In this document: piece by piece, positions 1-7,955 of the stretch
Layout of the letters: each line of letters opens with the position of its first letter
How positions within the stretch are numbered: the first letter of the stretch is position 1
Assembly: GCA_041496385.1 (NCBI GenBank)
Contig: JBGQEL010000056.1
Location: 1-25,580, forward strand
Length of the DNA: 25,580 nt
From: Candidatus Methylomirabilia bacterium
GTDB lineage: Bacteria > Methylomirabilota > Methylomirabilia > Rokubacteriales > CSP1-6
Direction: 5' to 3'
Made by a program: the position numbers and the translations under genes
Notes under the pieces: model-generated
What the model saw: only the letters and a program-made list of their open reading frames with translations
Database searches by the model: none
Told to the model about the DNA's origin: nothing

Positions 1-123
1 AGTCCCGTCCGCAGCTCGAAGAGCTGCGAATCGGGCGAGTGGGTGACGGAGCCGGGGCGCGGGCACAGCCCCCGGCGCCAGGACCCGTCCGCCCCGCGTG
101 TGGTCGTTCACGAATAGTCCAGG
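1..123. mobile_element. MITE, partial copy (right part, truncated by window start)
   Basis: Near-identical to 3669-3790. Ends in TIR variant TCGTTCACGAATAGTCCAGG followed by CTAG (124-127). Confidence 0.85.
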
Positions 124-1038
124 CTAGGCGGACTCGAGCGAGCCGGCGGAGGGCGAGCTCGTGCAGGCGAGCCAGAGTCCGAGCGCGACGCAGGCGAGCC
201 CGAGCAGGGATAGCACCGAGACCACCTCCCCGAGCAGCAAGGCGCCGAGCGCCGTCGCCGTGAGCGGACTGAGCGCCAGGAACACGGTGACCTCGGTCGC
301 CGCGGCGTGGCCCAGCGCCCAGAGCCAGAGGTAGTAGCCGACGCCGCTGCCGACGCCGATGAAGAGCACCGCCAGCCAGCCGCCCACGGTGAAGCGGGGC
401 ACGGCCGCGAAGAACCCTTCTCCGGCGGCCAGGAACGCGAGAAACGCGACCGACGCGAGCATGGCGAAGGCGCTCACGGGGAGCGCCGGGTATTTTCTGA
501 GATAGGGCCGGTAGAGGACGCTGCACACGGCGCCGGTCAGCGCGCTGGCGAACACAACCAGCTCGCCGGCCCACCCGCCGGCGGCGCCCGCCGGCTGGAG
601 CGCCTTCTCGCCGAGCGCCAGCGCCACGCCCGCCAGCGACAGCAGCACGCCGAGGATCCTCGCCGCGCCGAGCCGCTCGTGGCCCAGCGCCGCGGCGACG
701 ATCATCGTCAGCAGCGGAAAGGTCCCGAAGATCAGCGCGGCGCGGGCCGCCGGAACGGACCGGAGCGCATAGTTCAGCAGCGCGATGAGAATGCCGAACT
801 GGGTGATCCCGAGGACCGCGATGGGCAGCACGTCGCGGCGCGCGAACCAAACGCGCGGCGTGGCGAGCAGCACGGGCGGCAAGAGGCAGCAGAACCCGAT
901 GACGTAGCGCAGCAGCGCCAGCGAGGCCGGGGCGGTCTGATCGACGACGAACCGCGTGGCCACGATGGCCGAGCCGACCTGGATGCCCGTGACGGCCGCC
1001 GCGAGCGCCGGCCGGAGCTTCAGAGCGAGAGCTCCCAC
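124..1038 (-). CDS. EamA/DMT family transporter
   Basis: About 10 hydrophobic segments in two EamA repeats (LLRY..., GITQ...ALLNYAL, YYLWLWAL, LLLGE). The first ~50 aa of the ORF-track protein overlap the upstream gene. Start placed at GTG 1038; CTG 1023 is an alternative. Confidence 0.85.
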   Translation of the reverse strand: MGALALKLRPALAAAVTGIQVGSAIVATRFVVDQTAPASLALLRYVIGFCCLLPPVLLATPRVWFARRDVLPIAVLGITQFGILIALLNYALRSVPAARAALIFGTFPLLTMIVAAALGHERLGAARILGVLLSLAGVALALGEKALQPAGAAGGWAGELVVFASALTGAVCSVLYRPYLRKYPALPVSAFAMLASVAFLAFLAAGEGFFAAVPRFTVGGWLAVLFIGVGSGVGYYLWLWALGHAAATEVTVFLALSPLTATALGALLLGEVVSVLSLLGLACVALGLWLACTSSPSAGSLESA

Positions 1039-1949
1039 GTCTCGCCGACCAGGTCCTTGCCGAAGCTCCGGTGCCGCTCGGCGTGGACCAGCCGGTAGCC
1101 GGCCGCCTCGTAGATGCGCCGCGCCGCGAGCAGCACGCTGTTGGTCCAGAGCGTGATCTTGCGATATCTCGCGCGCCGCGCGAAGCGCGCGCACTCGTCC
1201 ACGAGACGCGCGCCGAGGCCGAGGCCCCGCGCGGCCGGCTCGACCAGGAGCAGGCGCAGCTGCGCGACGGTGGCCGAGCGCCTGACGAGGAAGACGGAGC
1301 CCACGTTCTCGCCGTCCTTCTCCGCGATCCAGCAGCGCTCCAGCTTCGGGTCGTAGCGCTCGATGAACTTCGCGACGATGCCCGCGACCAGCGCCTCGAA
1401 GCGCTCGTCCCAGCCGTACTCCTGGCTGTAGAGGGCGCCGTGACGGCCGACCACCCAGCCCATGTCGCCGGGCTGGTGGGGCCGGAGCACGTAGGTGGCG
1501 TTCGCCTCGGGCGGCGCGCCGAGTGCCTTCTCGATGGCGCGCATCGCCTCGAGCACGCGCTTCTGCTCGGCGGCCGGGAGCCGCCGCAGCATCGCGCCGA
1601 TGTCCGCGTGCGAGCGCGCCAGGAGCGGGGCGATGGCGGCCCGGCCCCGCCGCGTCAGCGCCAGGTGGCTCCGCCGCCCGTCGGCCTGCGAGGCCGTCCG
1701 TTCGAGCAGGCGCTGCTTCTCGAAGCCGCGCAGGATGCGGCTCAGATAGCCGGCGTCCAGACCGAGCTCGTGGGCGAGCTCGGTCGCCGTCGGCCGCGCG
1801 CGGTGCGCCAGCTCGTAGAGCACGCGCACCTCGCTCAGCGAGAACGGGCTCTCGAGGTACCCCTCGTGCAGCAGGCCGATCTGCTTGGTGTAGAACCGGT
1901 TGAAGCGCCGCACCGCGGCGACGCGCGCGTCGAAGCCGCTCTCAGCCAC
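1020..1949 (-). CDS. Bifunctional MarR-type HTH regulator / GNAT N-acetyltransferase
   Basis: N-terminal winged HTH (SLSEVRVLYEL, LDAGYLSRIL, DGRR..LALT). C-terminal GNAT (LLVEPAARGLGLG, ARRIYEAAGY). Start GTG 1949 or TTG 1964. Confidence 0.9.
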   Translation of the reverse strand: MAESGFDARVAAVRRFNRFYTKQIGLLHEGYLESPFSLSEVRVLYELAHRARPTATELAHELGLDAGYLSRILRGFEKQRLLERTASQADGRRSHLALTRRGRAAIAPLLARSHADIGAMLRRLPAAEQKRVLEAMRAIEKALGAPPEANATYVLRPHQPGDMGWVVGRHGALYSQEYGWDERFEALVAGIVAKFIERYDPKLERCWIAEKDGENVGSVFLVRRSATVAQLRLLLVEPAARGLGLGARLVDECARFARRARYRKITLWTNSVLLAARRIYEAAGYRLVHAERHRSFGKDLVGETWELSL

Positions 1950-1971
1950 GGGGCTTACTGTCAATCATCTC

Positions 1972-1986
1972 CTTGACTGAGTCAAG
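1972..1986. promoter_or_regulatory. Palindromic operator candidate CTTGACT-G-AGTCAAG
   Basis: Perfect 7-bp inverted repeat just upstream of the MarR-GNAT gene. Contains a TTGACT -35-like hexamer on each strand. Confidence 0.6.
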
Positions 1987-2002
1987 TACCGGCGCGGCAC
2001 GC

Positions 2003-3541
2003 TCAGCGGGGCGCCCGGCGGAAGAGGCTCACGTCGTCCGCGCTGACGAGGTCGGGCACGGTCCAGCCGTCGAGGTCGTACTCGGCCATGCACTGCTCGG
2101 CGAAGCCCCGGAACTGCGCCGCGCGGCCGCTCTCCTGCGCCTGCTGCCAGGTGATGACCCGGATGGTCTCGGCCGCGCCCGCGTAGTTCCGCTCGTAGAG
2201 CTCGTGGCGCCCGCCGAACTCCGTCCCCACCGCGTCCCACAGGAGCTTCATCAGCTTGATGCGCTCGACGGCGCCGGTGCCATCGGAGCCGCGCAGGTAC
2301 TTCTCGAGATAGGGCCGCAGCGCCGGCGTCTTGAAGTCGACGGCGTGCGAGGTCAGGTAGATCAGGCCGCTGCCGAGGATGGTCTCGGTCAGCTCCTTGA
2401 CGCGGGGATAGGCGACGGTCGAGAAGACGCGGTACGCCTGGGCGGACTCCGGGTTGGGCAGCACGCTGTCGCCCGCCCACGGGACCGGCGCCCGCGCCAT
2501 CGCGTCGCTCAGCCCCCAGAACAGGTTGCGCCAGGCGATCGCCTCGCCGATCGACGCCTGCACGTTGCGCGTGTCGCTCGAGCCGACGGCGTCCACCGCC
2601 TTCAGGAGCAGGCCCGCGATGAAGTCCAGCTTGACGGCCAGGCGCACGCACCCGTGGAGCATGGCGCGCGGGAAGAAGCCGGAGTGCTGGAAGAACGCGT
2701 TCGACTTCGCCACGTCTTCGTAGACGAACACGTTCTCCCAGGGGATCAGCGCGTGGTCGAGAACGAGGATGGCGTCGTTCTCGTCCAGCCGGCTCGACAG
2801 CGGGTAGTCGAACGGGCTCCCCATGACCTCGGCCGTCATGGCATAGGACGGGCGGCAGATCAGCTTGACCCCGGGGGTGTCCATGGAGGCGATGAAGACC
2901 ACCGCGAACTCCTTCGTCTTGATCGGTATCGTGCTCGGGTGGGCGATGAAGTTGGCGTGCGTGAGCGCCGAGCCGGTGGCGACGACCTTGGCGCCGCTGA
3001 CGACCAGCCCGGCGTCGGTCTCCTTCTCCACGTGCACGTAGACGTCGGCGACCTCGTCGGGCGGCCGCTGGCGGTCCACGGGCGGCTGCACGAGCGCGTG
3101 GTTCAGGTAGAGGACGCGTTCCTGCGCGGCCCGGTACCAGCGCCGGGCGTTCTCCTGGTAGGGGGCGTAGAACTCGGCGTTGGCGCCGAGCGTGGCCAGG
3201 AAGGACGCCTTGTAGTCGGGCGAGCGGCCCATCCAGCCGTACGTGAGGCGCGCCCAGGCCGCGATCGCGTCGCGCGCCTCGACCAGCTCGGCCGCGCTCC
3301 GCGGGGTGCGGAAGTATTTGTGGGTGTAGCCGTCCGAGCCGGTGTCGGTGGGGCACGTGAGCACCGCGCGCGTCGCCGGAGCGTGCAGCGCGTCGTAGAG
3401 ACGCGCCAGCATGCGGGCCGGGTTGCGGAAGGCCGGGTGCGCCGTCACGTCCTTCACCCGCTCGCCGTAGATCCAGACCTCGCGCGGCCCGCGCAGCGAC
3501 TCCAGGAATTCCGCCCCCGTGAACGGTCGAGTGGTCGGCAT
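2003..3541 (-). CDS. hpaB: 4-hydroxyphenylacetate 3-monooxygenase oxygenase component (HpaB/PvcC family)
   Basis: Motifs [79 protein letters not shown] upstream. Exact substrate not determinable. Confidence 0.9.
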   Translation of the reverse strand: MPTTRPFTGAEFLESLRGPREVWIYGERVKDVTAHPAFRNPARMLARLYDALHAPATRAVLTCPTDTGSDGYTHKYFRTPRSAAELVEARDAIAAWARLTYGWMGRSPDYKASFLATLGANAEFYAPYQENARRWYRAAQERVLYLNHALVQPPVDRQRPPDEVADVYVHVEKETDAGLVVSGAKVVATGSALTHANFIAHPSTIPIKTKEFAVVFIASMDTPGVKLICRPSYAMTAEVMGSPFDYPLSSRLDENDAILVLDHALIPWENVFVYEDVAKSNAFFQHSGFFPRAMLHGCVRLAVKLDFIAGLLLKAVDAVGSSDTRNVQASIGEAIAWRNLFWGLSDAMARAPVPWAGDSVLPNPESAQAYRVFSTVAYPRVKELTETILGSGLIYLTSHAVDFKTPALRPYLEKYLRGSDGTGAVERIKLMKLLWDAVGTEFGGRHELYERNYAGAAETIRVITWQQAQESGRAAQFRGFAEQCMAEYDLDGWTVPDLVSADDVSLFRRAPR

Positions 3542-3582
3542 CGGCTCCTCCGTGGTCGCGTCTCTGAACCCTGCGATCCTAG

Positions 3583-3790
3583 CCTGGATTGTTCATGAAC
3601 GAGGATATCGAGGTCGGACGGGTGGCGCCTCGGGCTGTGCCCGCGCGGCCGGCGAAGTGGGCCCCCCGAGTCCCGTCCGCAGCTCGAAGAGCTGCGATCG
3701 GGCGAGTGGGTGACGGAGCCGGGGCGCGGGCACAGCCCGTGGCGCCAGGACCCGTCCGCCTCGCGTGTGGTCGTTCATGAACAATCCAGG
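3583..3790. mobile_element. 208-bp non-coding MITE with 20-bp perfect TIRs and CTAG flanks
   Basis: CCTGGATTGTTCATGAACGA (3583-3602) is the exact reverse complement of 3771-3790. CTAG at 3579-3582 and 3791-3794. Second copy at 1-123. Confidence 0.88.
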
Positions 3791-3848
3791 CTAGTGGCAA
3801 TGGGGCCGCGGACGCGATTGCCGCGCGCCGCCGCAGGGCCGCGCGCGG

Positions 3849-3857
3849 TGTTACCAT
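3849..3857 (+). promoter_or_regulatory. Extended -10 element (TGtTACCAT), probable leaderless transcript
   Basis: TGn-TANNNT motif 7 nt before ATG 3865, with no Shine-Dalgarno sequence. Confidence 0.5.
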
Positions 3858-3864
3858 GCGCGCC

Positions 3865-4911
3865 ATGGCAGACCAAACGATCCGCGTAGGGTTCGTGGGC
3901 GCAGGCAAGAACACGACGAGCCGCCACATCCCGGGCTTCCGCAAGCAGTCCGGCGTCGAGCTGGTCGCGGTCGCCAACCGCACGAAGGAATCCGGCGAGC
4001 GCGTCGCGAAGGAGCACGGCATCGGTCGGGTTCACGGAGACTGGCGCGAGCTGGTGCGGGCGCCCGACGTGGACGCGGTCTGCATCGGCACCTGGCCCAA
4101 CATGCACCGCGAGATCACGGAGGCCGCGCTCGCGGCGGGCAAGCACGTCCTCTGCGAGGCGCGCATGGCGATCGACGCCGCCGAGGGGCGGCGCATGCTG
4201 GACGCCGCGCGCCGGGCTCCGAGGCTCGTCGCCCAGCTCGTTCCCGCGCCCCACACGCTCGAGGTGGACGGGACCCTCGAGCGGCTCCTGGCCGAGGGCT
4301 ACGCGGGCGAGGTGCTCGCGGTCGAGATCCAGGCGACCCAGCAGCCGCGCTTCGCCGATCCGGCGGAGCCGCTCCACTGGCGGCAGGACGCGACGCTGAG
4401 CGGGCACAACGTCCTGAACATGGGCATCTGGTACGAGGCGATGATGCGCTGGGTCGGCCCCGCCCGGCGCGTGATGGCCCTGACCAAGCTCGCGGTCCCG
4501 CGGCGCAAGGACGCGGGCGGCGCGCTGCGCGACGTGACCGTGCCCGACCACGTCGACATCCTCGCGACGCTCGCGAGCGGCGCCGTCGCGCGCCTGCGCT
4601 TCAGCGCGATCACGGCGCTGGCGCCGCCGAGCGAGGCGTGGGTGTTCGGCGCCGACGGCACCCTGCGGGTCGAGGCCGACGCCCGGCGCCTCTCGGGCGG
4701 CCGGCGCGGCGACAAGGAGCTGCGGGAGATCCCGATCCCCGCGGAGCGGCGCATCGGCTGGCGGGTCGAGGAGGAGTTCGTCGCCGCGATCCGCGGCCAC
4801 GAGAAGGTCTCGCACACGACCTTCGAGGACGGCGTGCGCTACATGGAATTCACCGACGCCGTTGCCCGCAGCGCCGCCGGCGGCCAGGCGGTCGAGGTCG
4901 CGGAGCTCTGA
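3865..4911 (+). CDS. Gfo/Idh/MocA family NAD(P)-dependent oxidoreductase
   Basis: IRVGFVGAG Rossmann motif, DVDAVCIGT, AGKHVLCEAR (the usual EKP reads EAR here). Start ATG 3865, alternative 3856. Confidence 0.9.
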   Translation: MADQTIRVGFVGAGKNTTSRHIPGFRKQSGVELVAVANRTKESGERVAKEHGIGRVHGDWRELVRAPDVDAVCIGTWPNMHREITEAALAAGKHVLCEARMAIDAAEGRRMLDAARRAPRLVAQLVPAPHTLEVDGTLERLLAEGYAGEVLAVEIQATQQPRFADPAEPLHWRQDATLSGHNVLNMGIWYEAMMRWVGPARRVMALTKLAVPRRKDAGGALRDVTVPDHVDILATLASGAVARLRFSAITALAPPSEAWVFGADGTLRVEADARRLSGGRRGDKELREIPIPAERRIGWRVEEEFVAAIRGHEKVSHTTFEDGVRYMEFTDAVARSAAGGQAVEVAEL

Positions 4912-4928
4912 GGTCCGCGGACCGGGGG

Positions 4929-4957
4929 TTGCGCCGGCCACCGTAGCGGAGTATCGT
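4929..4957 (+). promoter_or_regulatory. Sigma70-like promoter (TTGCGC-17 bp-TATCGT)
   Basis: Canonical 17-bp spacing. The -10 ends 9 nt before ATG 4967. Confidence 0.5.
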
Positions 4958-4966
4958 CCCCCCGCG

Positions 4967-5266
4967 ATGACACGCAGGCGCTGGCTCGTCGTCCTGCTCG
5001 CGGGCGTCCTGCTCGCGTTGCCGCCTGTCGCCCATGCGAGCCCGACGGATCCGACATGGATTCCGGGCTTTTACGACGACAACGACTACGACGACGTCAT
5101 ACTGTTCATCATCGGCGCCGTCACCGTCGTCGAGTCCGGCGTCGTGGTTCCTGTTGGACCGGTCACCGTCTGTGTCGGGCGGGTCGCCCCGAGCGGACAC
5201 CCGAGCATCTCCGCTCGCCCGCTCGAGTCTCCCTCCACCCGAGCACCGCCCCGGCCGCTCGCGTAG
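4967..5266 (+). CDS. Small exported leader protein (99 aa) with Asp-rich motif and C-terminal RAPP; putative ribosome-arrest peptide
   Basis: MTRRRWLVVLLAGVLLALPPVAHA signal peptide ending in AHA, then SPTDPTWIPGFYDDNDYDDVI, a hydrophobic stretch, and ...SPSTRAPPRPLA*. Has its own promoter-like motif. Confidence 0.7.
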   Translation: MTRRRWLVVLLAGVLLALPPVAHASPTDPTWIPGFYDDNDYDDVILFIIGAVTVVESGVVVPVGPVTVCVGRVAPSGHPSISARPLESPSTRAPPRPLA

Positions 5267-5421
5267 CGGCATCCCCCCCGCCCGCATCCCTGCGGGCCAC
5301 GCTCTCACCGCGTCGCGCGAGCAGGCGTGTGCGGGGATCCGTCTCCATTCGGCAGCCCGTCACGACACGGAGTGGACGTGCAGCTCCACGTGGTGATCGA
5401 ACAACAATAGGAGATCCCGCG

Positions 5422-6675
5422 ATGATGCGGAAATGCGTGCTCATACTCTCGCTGTTTCTCGTCGCCCTCGTTCCCGTCCTGACGCTCGGCACCGGTGCCG
5501 GATTCGCCGAAGAGCGCGGGCGGGATGGGGGCGCCGTTCGGCTCCTCACGACCGTGCCCGTCCCAGGTAGCGGCATGTACGTGTTCGACATCAGCTGGGT
5601 CGACGCCGGCACCCAGCTCTTCTATCTGGCGGACCGCTCCAACGCCGCGATCGACGTCGTCGACGCCAGACGGGGTCTCTTCGTCAGGCAGATCAAGGGC
5701 GGATTCGCGGGCGCCAAGCCGGGCGCCAACGGAAACGTGAACAACAACATCTCCGGCCCCAACGGCGTTCTGGTCAGTGGTAACTGGCTCTTCGTGACCG
5801 ACGCGCCGAGCCGGGTCGTCACCATCGACCTGCGGACGGACACGATCGTCAGCACCGTCTCGGTCGGCGGGGCGGACAGTCTTCGAACCGACGAGATGGC
5901 CTACGACCCGAAGGACGGGATTCTCCTGGTGGTGAACAACGCCGACGAGCCGCCGTTCGCCACCCTGATCACGGTCAACAAGGCCACCGGCCAGCTGACC
6001 CTGGGCACGCAAATCAAGTTCCCAACGGCGACGAACGGCGCCGAGCAGCCGGTGTGGGATCCGCGCAGCGGCAAGTTCTACCTCTCCATCCCGGAAGTGA
6101 ACGGTGACGGGGGCACGGGCCCCGACGGGGCCATCGCCCGGATCAATCCGCACACGGGCGCGGTGGAAGCGATGTTCCCGGTGAAGCTCTGCCAGCCCGC
6201 CGGGCTCACCCTGGGCCCGCGCCAGGATCTGCTCATCGGCTGCAGCGTCGTGTTCGACAGCGCGGGCGGGGTCTGGGACCCCGCGGGTAGCAAGTCGGCG
6301 GCGCCCAGCCAGGTGATCATGGACGCGAGAACGGGCAGCATCGACAAGGTCGTCGAGGGCGTCGGCGGATCCGACGAGGTCTGGTTCAACCGGGGCGACG
6401 GGCGCTACTACACCGGGTCCCGCAACAGCCCGGGCGGCCCCGTGCTCGGCGTCATCGACGCGGAGAGCCAGAGCCTGCTCCAGGTCGTCCCGACCGTCAA
6501 CGTTCCGTTCGTGAAGGGCGTGCACTTCTCGGGCACGGCGCACTCGGTGGCCGTCAATCCCCACAACAACCACGTGCTCGTGCCCCTGTCCGCCAACAAC
6601 GTCGTCCCGAACTGCCTCACCGGCTGCATCGCGATCTACGGGACGCCCAGAGGGGACCGCGACGACGACGACTAG
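5422..6675 (+). CDS. Secreted YncE/YVTN-like beta-propeller protein
   Basis: RBS AGGAG 5409-5413, Sec signal peptide (MMRKCVLILSLFLVALVP...AGFA), repeated propeller blades (FDISWVD, YLADRSN..IDVVDA, DEMAYDP, EQPVWDP, DEVWFN, HSVAVNP), acidic tail RGDRDDDD. Confidence 0.8.
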   Translation: MMRKCVLILSLFLVALVPVLTLGTGAGFAEERGRDGGAVRLLTTVPVPGSGMYVFDISWVDAGTQLFYLADRSNAAIDVVDARRGLFVRQIKGGFAGAKPGANGNVNNNISGPNGVLVSGNWLFVTDAPSRVVTIDLRTDTIVSTVSVGGADSLRTDEMAYDPKDGILLVVNNADEPPFATLITVNKATGQLTLGTQIKFPTATNGAEQPVWDPRSGKFYLSIPEVNGDGGTGPDGAIARINPHTGAVEAMFPVKLCQPAGLTLGPRQDLLIGCSVVFDSAGGVWDPAGSKSAAPSQVIMDARTGSIDKVVEGVGGSDEVWFNRGDGRYYTGSRNSPGGPVLGVIDAESQSLLQVVPTVNVPFVKGVHFSGTAHSVAVNPHNNHVLVPLSANNVVPNCLTGCIAIYGTPRGDRDDDD

Positions 6676-6706
6676 AGTCCGGCCCGGCTACTGATCCTGC
6701 GTGTGG

Positions 6707-6740
6707 CGAAACGGCGGCGCTCGGCCGCCGTTTCGTTTCG
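6707..6740 (+). terminator. Stem-loop, probable intrinsic terminator
   Basis: CGAAACGGCGGC-GCTCG-GCCGCCGTTTCG 12-bp stem followed by TTTCG, 31 nt after the beta-propeller stop codon. Confidence 0.6.
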
Positions 6741-6743
6741 CGC

Positions 6744-6749
6744 TAGACT
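6744..6749 (+). promoter_or_regulatory. -10 element TAGACT, probable leaderless start
   Basis: TANNNT 6 nt before GTG 6756, with no SD. Confidence 0.5.
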
Positions 6750-6755
6750 GTCCGC

Positions 6756-7952
6756 GTGACGACCGCGAGTCTCGCGGAGCTCTGGCCCCTCGACCGCGCC
6801 GTGACGTTCCTGAACCACGGCTCCTTCGGCGCCTGCCCGAGCGAGGTCCTGCGCCATCAGGCGGCGCTGCGCGCCGAGATGGAGGCCGAGCCCGTGCGCT
6901 TCCTCTCGCGCGGGCTGGAGGACCGCCTGGACGTCGCGCGCCGGGCGCTCGCCGCGTTCGTCGGCGCGGACCCCGACGACCTCGCCTTCGTCACGAACGC
7001 GACGAGCGGCGTCAACGCCGTGCTCCGCTCCTTCGCGTTCGCCGGCGGCGACGAGCTGCTCACGACCGACCACGCCTACAACGCCTGCCGGAACGCGCTG
7101 AACTTCGTCGCCGAACGGTCCGGCGCGCGCGTCGTCGTCGCCTCGCTCCCCTTCCCCGCGGCGTCGCCCGATCAGGCCGTCGACGCCGTGATGGGGCGCG
7201 TCACCGCGCGGACGCGGCTCGCCCTGCTGGACCACGTCACCAGCCCGACCGGGCTCGTCCTGCCGCTCGCGCGCCTCATCGCCGGGCTCGCCCGACGCGG
7301 CGTGCAGATCCTCGTGGACGGCGCTCATGCGCCCGGCATGATCCCGCTCGACCTCGGGACGCTCGGCGCCGACTACTACAGCGGCAACTGCCACAAGTGG
7401 CTCTGCGCGCCGAAGGGCTCCGCGTTCCTGTGGGTCCGCTGCGACCACCGGACCGACGTCCGCCCGCTCACGATCAGCCACGGCGCGAGCGCCACGTATC
7501 CGGGCCGCGCGCGCTTCCACCTGGAATTCGACTGGACGGGCACGAGCGACCCCACCGCCTGGCTCACGGTGCCCGCGGCGATCGACTATCTCGGCGCGCT
7601 GCTCCCGGGCGGCTGGCCCGCGCTGATGGCGCGCAACCGCGCGCTCGCCCTCGAGGCGCGGCGCCTGCTGTGCGCCGCGGCCGGCACGCCGCCGGCGAGC
7701 CCCGACGAGATGATCGGCTCGCTCGCGAGCGTCGTGCTGCCCGACGGCCCGGCGACCGGGATCGGCTGGCGCCGTCCCGATCCGCTCCAGCGAAAGCTGT
7801 TCGACGGCTGGGGAATCGAGGTGCCGATCATGAGCTGGCCCGCGCCGCCGCGCCGGCTCGTCCGGATCTCCGCGCAGCTCTACAACGGCCGCGAGCAGTA
7901 CGCGCGGCTCGCCGAGGCCCTCGGCAAGGAGCTCGCGGTGGAGCCGAGGTAG
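6756..7952 (+). CDS. PLP-dependent class V aminotransferase-fold enzyme (isopenicillin-N epimerase CefD / EgtE-like lyase)
   Basis: FLNHGSFGACP, NATSGVNAV, DHVTSPTG, VDGAHAPG, GNCHKWLCAPKG (PLP lysine), WTGTSD. Confidence 0.88.
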   Translation: MTTASLAELWPLDRAVTFLNHGSFGACPSEVLRHQAALRAEMEAEPVRFLSRGLEDRLDVARRALAAFVGADPDDLAFVTNATSGVNAVLRSFAFAGGDELLTTDHAYNACRNALNFVAERSGARVVVASLPFPAASPDQAVDAVMGRVTARTRLALLDHVTSPTGLVLPLARLIAGLARRGVQILVDGAHAPGMIPLDLGTLGADYYSGNCHKWLCAPKGSAFLWVRCDHRTDVRPLTISHGASATYPGRARFHLEFDWTGTSDPTAWLTVPAAIDYLGALLPGGWPALMARNRALALEARRLLCAAAGTPPASPDEMIGSLASVVLPDGPATGIGWRRPDPLQRKLFDGWGIEVPIMSWPAPPRRLVRISAQLYNGREQYARLAEALGKELAVEPR

Positions 7953-7955
7953 CGC

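Noticed and set aside
1973..3598. Long antisense or alternative-frame ORFs (e.g. 541 aa here; 13652-16045, 10431-12158, 6701-8083, 1965-3356)
   Set aside because: Shadow ORFs expected at ~70% GC. They are Arg/Ala/Pro-rich, lack motifs, and overlap well-supported genes.
3579..3794. MITE considered as a CRISPR repeat, riboswitch or small protein gene (63-aa ORFs MFMN.. on both strands)
   Set aside because: There is no repeat-spacer periodicity and no riboswitch consensus I recognise. The mirror-image ORFs arise from the TIRs.
5422..6675. Calling the propeller a cytochrome cd1 nitrite reductase or PQQ dehydrogenase
   Set aside because: No CxxCH heme motif and no Trp-docking PQQ repeats are visible. 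Only the fold class can be supported.
6756..7952. Beta-lactam or ergothioneine biosynthetic cluster
   Set aside because: The CefD/EgtE-like gene is isolated. No pcbAB/pcbC or egtB/egtD genes are in the window.
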